This document shows positions 1 through 8,287 of a DNA stretch of 42,043 bases, in pieces; within the stretch, counting starts at the first letter, position 1; each line of letters starts with the position of its first letter. A program made the translations under genes and the position numbers. The notes under the pieces were generated by a model. It did no database searches. It saw only the letters and a program-made list of their open reading frames with translations, and had not been told where the DNA came from. Origin of the DNA: an uncultured Clostridia bacterium (lineage in GTDB: Bacteria > Bacillota > Clostridia > TANB77 > CAG-508); NCBI GenBank assembly GCA_947628885.1, contig CANRBO010000001.1:1-42043 (forward strand), given 5' to 3'.

Positions 1-172
1 AGTCTTCTTCTGACTTCAATATTTTTCTTTCTATTTCTTCATCTAAAAGTTTCTTTTTATATTCTTCCATACTCATAACTACTACATTATTTTTACTATT
101 TTTACTTACTACAATGTCTCCATATTGATTCACTGCTATTTCTATTTCTTTTAAATTTGTTAATTGTTGCAT
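1..172 (-). CDS. Phd/YefM-family type II antitoxin, N-terminal part (gene runs off the left edge)
   Basis: The minus-strand frame from the ATG at 172 reads MQQLTNLKEIEIAVNQYGDIVVSKNSKNNVVVMSMEEYKKKLLDEEIERKILKSEED with no stop before position 1. The G..VV.S.N.K...VVMS.EEY pattern is the Phd/YefM core. GAGAGG lies 9 nt upstream. An in-frame ATG at 307 is an alternative start. The ORF is missing from the track because it is truncated by the window edge. Confidence 0.5.
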   Translation of the reverse strand, partial: MQQLTNLKEIEIAVNQYGDIVVSKNSKNNVVVMSMEEYKKKLLDEEIERKILKSEED

Positions 173-193
173 ATCAATACACCTCTCTTTTTC

Positions 194-234
194 TATACTA
201 TTTATAGTATAGCATAAATTTGAATATTTTTGAA
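194..234 (-). promoter_or_regulatory. Candidate promoter of the antitoxin gene, with a palindromic operator over the -10
   Basis: The minus strand reads TTCAAA-17 nt-TATACT (plus coordinates 229-234 and 206-211). The 18-nt palindrome TATACTAtttaTAGTATA (194-211) covers the -10, as is typical for autoregulated TA operators. Confidence 0.3.
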
Positions 235-367
235 TACTTTTTATTAATTTTATAAATCTATTATTTGTAAATAATTTCATTATATACCATTTCCTCAGCT
301 TTTTCATCTTTAATCTGCCAAAGTAACATGAAATTTAGTAACATTAATTACTGATCAGTTTTGCTAT

Positions 368-396
368 ATTATACTACCATTTTATGGCAGTGTCAA
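368..396 (-). promoter_or_regulatory. Perfect sigma-A consensus promoter (TTGACA-17-TATAAT) firing leftwards
   Basis: The reverse complement of 368-396 is TTGACActgccataaaatggtagTATAAT: both hexamers are exact and the spacer is 17 nt. Downstream are the in-frame ATG at 307 and the antitoxin ORF. Confidence 0.4.
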
Positions 397-587
397 TATC
401 TTTTTCCAAAAAATAACAAAAAATGCATAAATTTTTAATTTACACATTTTCTGCTACTTATAAATTCTTTTGACACATAACATTTCCCTATATCCAATTT
501 TCTTTGTTCTTAATTTTATGAGTTTATTAATAAGCTCTCTTTCTGTATACTCTAGCTAGACCTTCTCCGTGATTTACTCTATGATAA

Positions 588-619
588 CAAGTCTTATTGG
601 AAGCTCCCCATAAGACTTG
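588..619 (-). other. Stem-loop 25 nt downstream of pilin-like gene 1; the core is shared with the palindrome at 41663-41692
   Basis: caagtcttattgg-aagct-ccccataagacttg forms 10 bp, one mismatch, then 2 bp. No strong U-tract follows on the gene strand. Confidence 0.5.
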
Positions 620-644
620 ACAAGTTCAATTTATTTCATAAGCT

Positions 645-1865
645 CTATTTTACTATGTCATATACTATTTTTGTGTCATTTGATTTTTCCGTATTTTTTT
701 GTAATTTTACATCTTTTTCTAAGCATACCAAAGGACGTAAGCCCCAGCCTCCGTAATATTCCCAGCCACGTATGTGGCTGTTATAGTTCACGGCCATTAC
801 ATGGCTACTGTCATTAGCAGAAGGTGATGCCAACCAATAGCCAGAGCAGTTGCCCATCACTCCATTTGCAGTTACATTTGAAATAGTCGTGTGTGGAAAA
901 AATACTGGATAATCTTTGCCTAATTTTGTCAAATTAGCCAAAGGACTATCTAATGTTCCGTTCAGATAGACTCCATACCTATTCTTTGTCTCTTTTTCTA
1001 TTCCCCAATAATATCCACTTCCACTGGTACTTGCTCCATTTGCATATATCTTTTTTAGATTATTAATTGTATCTGTCTCATCTACCACTTGATTCCATGC
1101 TTTACACCACATCTCTAATGTTGGTCCTCCGATTGCCACTTCTCCATAATATACTTTATTTACAAATCCTGACCAATTATCTGTATTCAATAATGTTGAT
1201 GTAGCTGCTGAATTTGGGTTATCGCTTTTACTACTTAAGTCATATCCTTCATGCATAAACAATTTTATTGGATTAGGATTTAATTTGTCTAATGGTTGAT
1301 ATGCAGGTGCACTACTTCCCCAATATGCTGACAATGTTCCATATCCTTCACCTGTTGCACGTCTCAAACCTGTGTTACTTTCTCCTTCTTCTGTTTCTGC
1401 CACAACACCTTTTAATGCACTATGATTCATTGGAACATAGTCTGCTGCTATTAAGTAAATTCTACCTTTTACATCATCACTATCATTTGTATCTGAACCA
1501 CCTACATAAAATAGTTTCCAATCACTTGTTTCTGAGTTTCCGTCTAAATCTACTCCATAATTTACGTAACTTCCATAATATTTCTTTGGATTTTCGCTTA
1601 ATTCTTCTGCTGTTAGCTTATGCATTGATTCTCTTACATCTTCTATTGTATTTGTTACTGTATCTAAATAATACTCTTCATTGCTTTGTGCATTTTTGTA
1701 TTTGTCTGTTGCTTTTTTTGCCATACTTATTAATCCATTATCTCCTAAACTTAATCTTAAAGCAACTCCTGCTAAGATTAACATTATGACTATGGTAACT
1801 ACTAAAGCAACTAATGTTACACCATGCTCTTTCAATTCTTGATTTTTCATTTGTTTTAATTTCAT
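645..1865 (-). CDS. Pilin-like N-terminus plus lectin-like (DUF1566/C-type-lectin-fold-like) C-terminus surface protein, copy 1
   Basis: 406-aa ORF with a strong SD (GAGGAGG, 8-nt spacer). The N-terminus KEHG|VTLVALVVTIVIMLILAGVAL..LGDNGL resembles a prepilin cleavage/methylation helix but is non-canonical (Val at +1, Ala instead of Glu at +5). The C-terminus YWLASP...AVNYNSH...GLRPLVCL matches the YW.sS...G.RpV pattern of DUF1566-type lectin folds. It is a paralogue of 40386-41606. Confidence 0.8.
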   Translation of the reverse strand: MKLKQMKNQELKEHGVTLVALVVTIVIMLILAGVALRLSLGDNGLISMAKKATDKYKNAQSNEEYYLDTVTNTIEDVRESMHKLTAEELSENPKKYYGSYVNYGVDLDGNSETSDWKLFYVGGSDTNDSDDVKGRIYLIAADYVPMNHSALKGVVAETEEGESNTGLRRATGEGYGTLSAYWGSSAPAYQPLDKLNPNPIKLFMHEGYDLSSKSDNPNSAATSTLLNTDNWSGFVNKVYYGEVAIGGPTLEMWCKAWNQVVDETDTINNLKKIYANGASTSGSGYYWGIEKETKNRYGVYLNGTLDSPLANLTKLGKDYPVFFPHTTISNVTANGVMGNCSGYWLASPSANDSSHVMAVNYNSHIRGWEYYGGWGLRPLVCLEKDVKLQKNTEKSNDTKIVYDIVK

Positions 1866-1925
1866 TTTGGTTTCCTCCTCAATTTTTTTATTACTATTTA
1901 TTAATTAATGATTAATGTTTTATAT

Positions 1926-2000
1926 ATCTTAAAAATATTATATTTGACAGTGTCCGCACTAACTTTCAACAGAAGTGTTTGAAATAAATTTCATGCACAA
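1926..2000 (+). repeat. Degenerate left-half copy of the MITE-like element
   Basis: atcttaaaaatattatatttgacagtgtccgcact...aaatttcatgcacaa aligns with the left end of the 2735-2932 element (cttaaaaatattatagttaaagcgtccgcgc...aaatttcatacaag). Confidence 0.5.
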
Positions 2001-2026
2001 ATAAAAGCCACATATTTTAGTTCTCA

Positions 2027-2054
2027 CTAAAATACATAGCTTTGATTTCTATGT
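2027..2054 (-). terminator. Terminator-like hairpin between the leader ORF and pilin-like gene 1
   Basis: The minus strand reads acatag-aaatcaaag-ctatgt followed by atttt. The stem is 6 bp and AT-rich, so it is weak. Confidence 0.3.
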
Positions 2055-2075
2055 TTCCATTTATTTCTATTAATT

Positions 2076-2141
2076 TTAAACTATTTGTGTGTGTGTGTGT
2101 GTGTGTGTGTGTACTCTCGCAAGGCTTTCAAGCTTTTTCAT
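2076..2141 (-). CDS. Leader mini-ORF MKKLESLARV(HT)4QIV containing the (CA)n microsatellite
   Basis: The SD AAGGAGA lies 9 nt before the ATG at 2141. There are 21 codons and the stop is TAA at 2076-2078. The N-terminus is homologous to the mini-ORF at 40202-40261 (M.K[LI].ESL..V followed by a dinucleotide repeat). Confidence 0.35.
   Translation of the reverse strand: MKKLESLARVHTHTHTHTQIV
2086..2112. repeat. (TG/CA)13.5 dinucleotide microsatellite
   Basis: Read directly: 27 nt of uninterrupted tgtg...gt. Confidence 0.97.
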
Positions 2142-2191
2142 CTTTTGATTTCTCCTTCTTTAATTAAATTTTTCTTTTTATTACTACACTT

Positions 2192-2220
2192 ATACTATCA
2201 CATCATTTTTACTTTTTCAA
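2192..2220 (-). promoter_or_regulatory. Candidate extended -10 promoter for the leader/pilin-like cassette 1
   Basis: The minus strand reads TTGAAA-17 nt-(TGa)TAGTAT, about 35 nt upstream of the leader SD. Confidence 0.3.
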
Positions 2221-2326
2221 CTATTATTTTATTACATTTGCATTACATAATAACTATCAGCATAGCCAAAAATCAACAGAACAATCCCCAAATGCACAAA
2301 GTAATGAAATGGCATTATTCAAAAAA

Positions 2327-2695
2327 TTATTCATTAAAAGTAGCTACTACACTGGCAATTGCATACTCTTTAAGATGAGATATACTCACATCAATCTCTG
2401 CACATTTTATATCAATGTCAATAAAGTTAATGTATGGCCTACCACTGTCATCATTTAATATCTCCACATTTTTCCATGAAATAGAATATTTATCTTGCAG
2501 ATACTTTGATATTGCCTTAAAGCACGCTTCCTTTGCTGCAAATCTTGCAGCGTAATGCTGATACTTTGCACTTTTTTTACTTTCACAGTATGCAATTTCT
2601 TTATCAGTGAACACAGTGTGTGCAAATTTTGCATTTTCAAAAGCATCTTTTATTCTATTAACTTCAATTATATCTGTACCAATTGTAGTTTTCAT
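2327..2695 (-). CDS. acpS: Holo-[acyl-carrier-protein] synthase
   Basis: 122 aa. The N-terminal IGTDIIEVNRI (GxDxxE), the FT..E..YC segment and the RFAAKEA motif are typical of AcpS 4'-phosphopantetheinyl transferases. Confidence 0.9.
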   Translation of the reverse strand: MKTTIGTDIIEVNRIKDAFENAKFAHTVFTDKEIAYCESKKSAKYQHYAARFAAKEACFKAISKYLQDKYSISWKNVEILNDDSGRPYINFIDIDIKCAEIDVSISHLKEYAIASVVATFNE

Positions 2696-2734
2696 TTCAT
2701 TTTCCTATTTTTATATAATTAAATTTTAAATTAA

Positions 2735-2932
2735 TTAATCTTAAAAATATTATAGTTAAAGCGTCCGCGCAGCGCTCAACCGGAGCGTTAGCGTAGGGCG
2801 AATGAAGCAAATTTCATACAAGCGCCGAATGGCATTATGTAAGCTTTATGAAGTAAATTAACTGCAAAGCCATGAAGGCATTACGAAATTTGCGACAGCA
2901 AGGCGCATAAACTATAATATTTTTAAGATTAA
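2735..2932 (+). mobile_element. MITE-like, GC-rich intergenic element with 23-bp perfect terminal inverted repeats (full copy)
   Basis: ttaatcttaaaaatattatagtt (2735-2757) is the exact reverse complement of aactataatatttttaagattaa (2910-2932). The interior is GC-rich and internally self-complementary. There is no ORF. A near-identical inverted copy lies at 29421-29606. Confidence 0.6.
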
Positions 2933-2942
2933 GAATAATTAT

Positions 2943-3040
2943 AATTAATCTAAAATGTTATAGTTGCAGCGTCCGTGCTAGACTCCAACCAGAGCGTTAG
3001 CGTAGGGCGCTTGAAGCAAATTTCATACAAGCGCTTGAAG
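2943..3040 (+). repeat. Left-half copy of the MITE-like element, tandem to the full copy
   Basis: taattaatctaaaatgttatagttgcagcgtccgtgc...agcgttagcgtagggcgcttgaagcaaatttcatacaagcgc aligns with 2735-2830. It ends in a 7-bp stem, gcgcttg/caagcgc. Confidence 0.6.
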
Positions 3041-3053
3041 TAATTTTATATAT

Positions 3054-3836
3054 CTATATATCCAACCCATTAATTAAAATGATTATTCCAATTATTATAA
3101 ATACCACCAACAGAACTATTTCAAATCTTTTATATGTCATATTTTCATTTAGCTTATTATTTTTATATAGCAAATCAAATTGATTTTCTACTGTAACATA
3201 TACCTTATCTAATTTAAGCTTTTCCCTTAATGTGTCGCAGAATTTATCTTTATCTGTTTCTGTTACAGCATATACTTGTTGTGAGAATTCTACATAACTA
3301 TTTCTTGCTCTGTCGAACATATTTGGAAATTGTAATTCTTTATTTACCTTATTTAAATATATTAATTTATACAATTCTAATACTTGTGCATACAAATGCT
3401 CTTCTTTACTGTCTTTTAGCTCATACGCATCTTCTGATCTTAGATTAATTTCTTCCATTTCTTGTGTTTCTTCATATTTTGTTAATTTCTTTACAACTGC
3501 TACATTATCAGTAATTGCAAAGCATACACCTGTATTAAAGCATATTACTATATTTTTATCTTTTTCGAATACATTGCAATTATAAGTGCTACAAATTGCA
3601 GCTTTTAAGTCATTTCCTAAACTATTATATTCTGCTATTACTTCTTTTGCGTTCATATTAAATGACCAAAACAAATATTCTCTAATACTTGGCATAAAAT
3701 AATCATACACTGATTTATTCTTTTTCTTGTCAAATATTTTTAATTTGTACTTATCTTCTAACAAAAGCTCATAATATCCTGATATTCTTTTTTCATCAAT
3801 TAAATATGGATAAATCTTAATTTTCTTTTGTTCCAT
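3054..3836 (-). CDS. Hypothetical protein with a C-terminal transmembrane anchor
   Basis: 260-aa ORF in the same orientation as its neighbours. The last ~25 residues (FEIVLLVVFIIIGIIILINGL) are hydrophobic. I could not assign a family motif. Confidence 0.6.
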   Translation of the reverse strand: MEQKKIKIYPYLIDEKRISGYYELLLEDKYKLKIFDKKKNKSVYDYFMPSIREYLFWSFNMNAKEVIAEYNSLGNDLKAAICSTYNCNVFEKDKNIVICFNTGVCFAITDNVAVVKKLTKYEETQEMEEINLRSEDAYELKDSKEEHLYAQVLELYKLIYLNKVNKELQFPNMFDRARNSYVEFSQQVYAVTETDKDKFCDTLREKLKLDKVYVTVENQFDLLYKNNKLNENMTYKRFEIVLLVVFIIIGIIILINGLDI

Positions 3837-4025
3837 TTCACATTCTCCTTGTATAATTTTTTATAAATTTTTTAATACATATTTTATAAACACATTTTTT
3901 ATTTCATTTAGTTTTTTCAAGGATTTCATATAAATCATTACTTTTACATAATAAATTCCATTCCTTTCTCGCTTCGCTCGGAAGGCACACATAGGTATGA
4001 AAGATTGATTTTTTCAAACTAATCA

Positions 4026-5549
4026 CTATTCATTTACATCTGTGTAATAATTTGCGTTTAGGTCAGGTGCCAAATGCCATTTATTTATGAAACTTATTAC
4101 CGTGTTCTGACTAAAATTATATTTTGGTTCTACAATTACTTTTCCTGATGCATCAATTGCTCCCCATTTTCCGTCTTTCTTTACTGCTGAGAATCCATAA
4201 TCATTTTGTTCTGTTGCATCGTCATATATATAGTCAACTACTACTATTCCATTTTTGTCTACAAATCCGTATTTATTATTATTTTTTGATAGGAATAATG
4301 TATTACTTGATAGTACATCTTTTACATTTTTTTCCTCTAACTTGAAATTATAATACTTATATTCTCCGTTTTGTCTTACTTTAATATATCCGAGATTTGT
4401 ATTAATTTCTGATAATATGCCTGAACAATTTACAACAAATGATTCATCAAGTAAGTCTACTTCTCCGTTTTCTTTTTCCGCTTCTATAAATCCTTCTTCA
4501 CTAGAAAATGATATATTGTTATATATATAATCAACTTGAACTTTACCAGTTATATCGATTATTCCATATTTTCCGTCCTTTTTTGCGATATAATTTCCTT
4601 CAAATAGATATTTCAAATCTTGATATTCTTGTGGTATTACGCTTTCTCCTGATGAGGAAATAACACCATATTTATCATTAGATTTTACTATTATATTACT
4701 GTTGTCAATACTAACTGCTTCACTAAATCCATTTTTTAGCTTTATTAAACCATTTGAATCAACTAATTCAATATCATTTTCTTCTTTTACAATATACATT
4801 TCACTACCATAAATATGCATTATTTCTGTATATTTACAATCTAATATCTGCTTTCTATTATAATTTATTAATCCATATTTACCGCTTTCATTTTTTACAA
4901 TATAGCCGTCTTCATATTTATCTGTTAATGCTATTATATCAGCATATTCGTTTTCAATAATTACACTTCCACTATTGTCGACTAATCCTTTTTTTCCGTC
5001 TTTTTCTGTGACAAAACTTTTTGTTACATTTTTTAGAGGAGTTATTGAGCTATATTCAGGAGATAACAATTCTTTGCCATTAAAATTAATTAGACCATAC
5101 TTTCCGTCTCTTTCAACTTTTAATACGCTTGTGTCATAGAATACATTTCCATTGTTATCTATATTTTGCATGGCTTCAACGTTATCATATGATGTGAATA
5201 ATTTAGTTGAATTGGCATCTATGGCAAAAGACTGATATGTATTATTTTCTGTGTCTACATTTTCTTGACAGATAAATATTGCCTTAGTTGGGTCAGGTAT
5301 TACAATCATGTTATCATATTCTGCACTAACTATTATTTCGCCTTTTGAATTAATTACACCCCATTTATCATTTGTTGATACAACTAAATATGAATTTGCT
5401 ACATTTTTTGTTTCAACTTTACTTTTTAGATTTGGGAAATTAATCATTAGCACGATTATCATTACTATAACTGCTAAAACAAGTACAGTGGCAACAACTT
5501 TTTTCACATTAAGTTTTCTTTCACCGTCATATCTCTTTCCTCTTCCCAT
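4026..5549 (-). CDS. WG-repeat (KWG-type) protein with an N-terminal TM segment
   Basis: 507 aa. There are many repeats of the form D(K/G)(W/Y)G(V/L/I)I(N/D)..G..(I/V)..(P/E)Y. The N-terminal VVATVLVLAVIVMIIVLMI is hydrophobic. Confidence 0.85.
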   Translation of the reverse strand: MGRGKRYDGERKLNVKKVVATVLVLAVIVMIIVLMINFPNLKSKVETKNVANSYLVVSTNDKWGVINSKGEIIVSAEYDNMIVIPDPTKAIFICQENVDTENNTYQSFAIDANSTKLFTSYDNVEAMQNIDNNGNVFYDTSVLKVERDGKYGLINFNGKELLSPEYSSITPLKNVTKSFVTEKDGKKGLVDNSGSVIIENEYADIIALTDKYEDGYIVKNESGKYGLINYNRKQILDCKYTEIMHIYGSEMYIVKEENDIELVDSNGLIKLKNGFSEAVSIDNSNIIVKSNDKYGVISSSGESVIPQEYQDLKYLFEGNYIAKKDGKYGIIDITGKVQVDYIYNNISFSSEEGFIEAEKENGEVDLLDESFVVNCSGILSEINTNLGYIKVRQNGEYKYYNFKLEEKNVKDVLSSNTLFLSKNNNKYGFVDKNGIVVVDYIYDDATEQNDYGFSAVKKDGKWGAIDASGKVIVEPKYNFSQNTVISFINKWHLAPDLNANYYTDVNE

Positions 5550-5854
5550 ACTTCTCTTATAGCATATACATTAAACTTGATATACTATAATCTCCTTTCT
5601 TAACTTAGATTTTGCACTTTATATACACATTTTGTAAATATGTGAAATTACAAATCTAAGGAATAATTTTCGTCAATTATAATATATCAAGTTTTTACAT
5701 TTTTTTCAATAGAAAAATTGAAATTTCATAATATTAATTTTTGTTGCCAAATTATTACAATAGCCAACTTTCAGTATTTTTCTTTATTAAAGCCATTATC
5801 TGTAACATATTATTTTCAAAGAAATCCTCTTTAAAAATAATATCTAATAACATA

Positions 5855-8287
5855 CTATTTTTTTATGACTTTTACAACCATTACACTCATATCATCTTTT
5901 GGCTTGCCTACACAGTTGTCTATAGCTTCTTTTAAGATTATATTGGCAATCCTTTCAGGTACATCAGTTTGTATATCTTCTAGCAAATATTTTAACCACA
6001 AATCTCTGTTAGCATATTCAATACTTGAGTCTAATATTCCGTCACTGCACATTACTATAATGTCGCCATTTTCAAGGTCTTTATCATATATATCTACTTT
6101 TATATCGTTCATAATTCCGGTAGGAAGTGAATTTGATTTTATTAAACTTACATTTCTATTTTTCTTTATATAAGTAGGACATGCTGCGCTTTTTATTAGT
6201 TGTATATTTCCTGCATACAAGTCTAGTATACTTAAATCTAAAGTAGCATAGCTATCTTCTTTATTGGCTGTTAAAATGGCGGAATTGATGAGTCTTAAAG
6301 ATGTTTCTTTTTCAAATCCTGAACTTAGCAATCTTTCTAACATACTTATTGCTATTTTACTATTTTTTTCAGCATCCTTTCCTGTTCCCATACCGTCGCT
6401 TATTGCAAATAAATATTTTCCGTCTCCAAGTCTTACACTTGACATCATATCTCCTGATACAGTTTCTCCGTCTTTTTTTGCTTTTGCAATGCCGGTTTGT
6501 AGTAAAAAGTTATCATCTGAAATATATGTATATACGCAAGTATCTCTATTCAATCTAATTCCACATTTTTGGTCTTGTACTGTTAGTCTTTCTCCGAGTG
6601 CACTTGAGATTCCTTTAGATATTTGCTTAATTGGGCATAGCTTTCCTGCCATATCATCACATGCATCAGTATATGCGTTTATTATAAATCTTCCGGAATT
6701 TTCTCTTCTGATTTTTAAATCTTTTATCTCTATATTTTTGTCTTTTAGAGTTTTTATTATTTTTTCTTTTTGTAATTTGAATTCGTCGTTGTCTGTTTCT
6801 ATCATATCGTCTGTAATGTTTTCTATTGCGGTTTTAACCGTTTTTAATTGGTCAGACATATTCTTATTTGCTTCATCTAATTTTTTCTGCCATACAAGAT
6901 TTACTTTGCAAATTCTATATGCTGAGTTTATTGCTTTAAGCATCTCTCTAATTTCTTTTTCTTCTACTTCATTTGCCACCATGTCATCTGAGCTCATTAA
7001 ATAAGTATTATGCTTTGCAAATATACTAATAATCGCATTTTGAGTAAGAATACCATTTTCCATTAGATTATCGAATATATCTTTTAATATTTTTCCGTCA
7101 TCATTATAAATATCATCATATAAAAGGTTGTCTTCCATGCCTTCCAATGATTTCATCACTTCATCTTCAAAGGTTTCTTCATTTTTTTCATAAAGCTCGT
7201 CCTGCTTATAATTATTAGCAATATCTGAAATAGTTTTTGATATGCTATTAAGTTTTATCAATGCTTCATCATTACCTTCTAATACTCTTCCCGCTTCAGG
7301 CAAAAGCTTTGTTTGTGGGATTATTTTATCTATATTTATTTTTGTACTTTTTGGTACTGCTAGTAATCCAACTGATGCGATTAAAATTTCCTGAAACATA
7401 ATTATATCAGCTGCTCCACCATTTGCACTATATGCTATAAGTATATTTCCAAGTGCAAATCCTATTATTACTCCAATTTTTCCGAATCTATTTAATAATC
7501 CTGCCAACATACCTGATATTGCATACGTTGCTATTAAGGCCACATTTCCGTCTCCAATTATACCTAAAACGATTCCTACTGTAGTTCCACTAATTCCACC
7601 TACTAATATGCCATTTCTCCACCCTAAAACTAACACTATAAAAATACATATTATATTTCTTAGTGAAAATGAAAATAACTGCACATTACTTAGAGAAATC
7701 GTTGCAATAGCTATAAGTAAACTAGCTCCAATCACTTCTTCTATTGAAAAAACTTTTTTAATTCCATACTGCTCTATCACATCTAACGAATTTACAAATA
7801 TTTTGTAGAAAATATAACTTGCAACACTTGTCGTTACAGCCACTAGCAAATCGTAGAAGTAAAATCCCCTAAATATCATTGCAATAGCTTGTACTACAAA
7901 TATTGAAATAAAAAGATATCCTCCTAATCTGATTTTTTCATTTTCTTCTTCTCTTCTAGCAGGCTTTTTAACTAAAACCATAAATAACATCAAAATTGAA
8001 GAAAATACAAATAGAAGGGTATTACTACCACCGAATTTTATAGCTGTTCCCAAAAGACTTGCTAAATATACTACTGCAATTGGCACTCCATTACTTATAC
8101 TTGCGGCAACCATAGCTAGTCCAAATGGTGCAATTACAGTTTGATCAACTCCGAATCCAACCATTGATAACATTAAAGTTAATATGTATATAAAAATATT
8201 TTGAATACTAAAAATTTTTGAAAGTACTTCTTTTAAATTAATATTTTCCCTATTTTCTTCATAATCTCTTGAAATATTTTGTAACAT
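5855..8287 (-). CDS. spoIIE: Stage II sporulation protein E (PP2C phosphatase with a polytopic membrane domain)
   Basis: The N-terminal ~330 aa are multi-TM. The C-terminal PP2C motifs are GD..SS......GKYLFAISDGMGTG and MCSDG. The track ORF starts at a GTG at 8296. The ATG at 8287 has GAGGTGG 5 nt upstream and is preferred. Confidence 0.92.
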   Translation of the reverse strand: MLQNISRDYEENRENINLKEVLSKIFSIQNIFIYILTLMLSMVGFGVDQTVIAPFGLAMVAASISNGVPIAVVYLASLLGTAIKFGGSNTLLFVFSSILMLFMVLVKKPARREEENEKIRLGGYLFISIFVVQAIAMIFRGFYFYDLLVAVTTSVASYIFYKIFVNSLDVIEQYGIKKVFSIEEVIGASLLIAIATISLSNVQLFSFSLRNIICIFIVLVLGWRNGILVGGISGTTVGIVLGIIGDGNVALIATYAISGMLAGLLNRFGKIGVIIGFALGNILIAYSANGGAADIIMFQEILIASVGLLAVPKSTKINIDKIIPQTKLLPEAGRVLEGNDEALIKLNSISKTISDIANNYKQDELYEKNEETFEDEVMKSLEGMEDNLLYDDIYNDDGKILKDIFDNLMENGILTQNAIISIFAKHNTYLMSSDDMVANEVEEKEIREMLKAINSAYRICKVNLVWQKKLDEANKNMSDQLKTVKTAIENITDDMIETDNDEFKLQKEKIIKTLKDKNIEIKDLKIRRENSGRFIINAYTDACDDMAGKLCPIKQISKGISSALGERLTVQDQKCGIRLNRDTCVYTYISDDNFLLQTGIAKAKKDGETVSGDMMSSVRLGDGKYLFAISDGMGTGKDAEKNSKIAISMLERLLSSGFEKETSLRLINSAILTANKEDSYATLDLSILDLYAGNIQLIKSAACPTYIKKNRNVSLIKSNSLPTGIMNDIKVDIYDKDLENGDIIVMCSDGILDSSIEYANRDLWLKYLLEDIQTDVPERIANIILKEAIDNCVGKPKDDMSVMVVKVIKK

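Noticed and set aside
2085-2378. A 97-aa plus-strand ORF starting MCVCVCVCV.
   Set aside because: It is the (TG)n repeat read on the wrong strand. It overlaps the acpS 3' end and has no SD. The minus-strand mini-ORF with a strong SD is the better reading.
6264-7004. A 246-aa plus-strand ORF inside spoIIE. Similar long antisense ORFs occur at 16590-17414, 35359-35907, 31284-31682, 33554-33961, 32334-32669, 1292-1789 and 34068-34409.
   Set aside because: All lie entirely antisense to well-supported minus-strand genes. They have Leu/Phe/Ser/Ile-rich shadow-frame composition and no SD. They are typical artefacts of AT-rich coding DNA.
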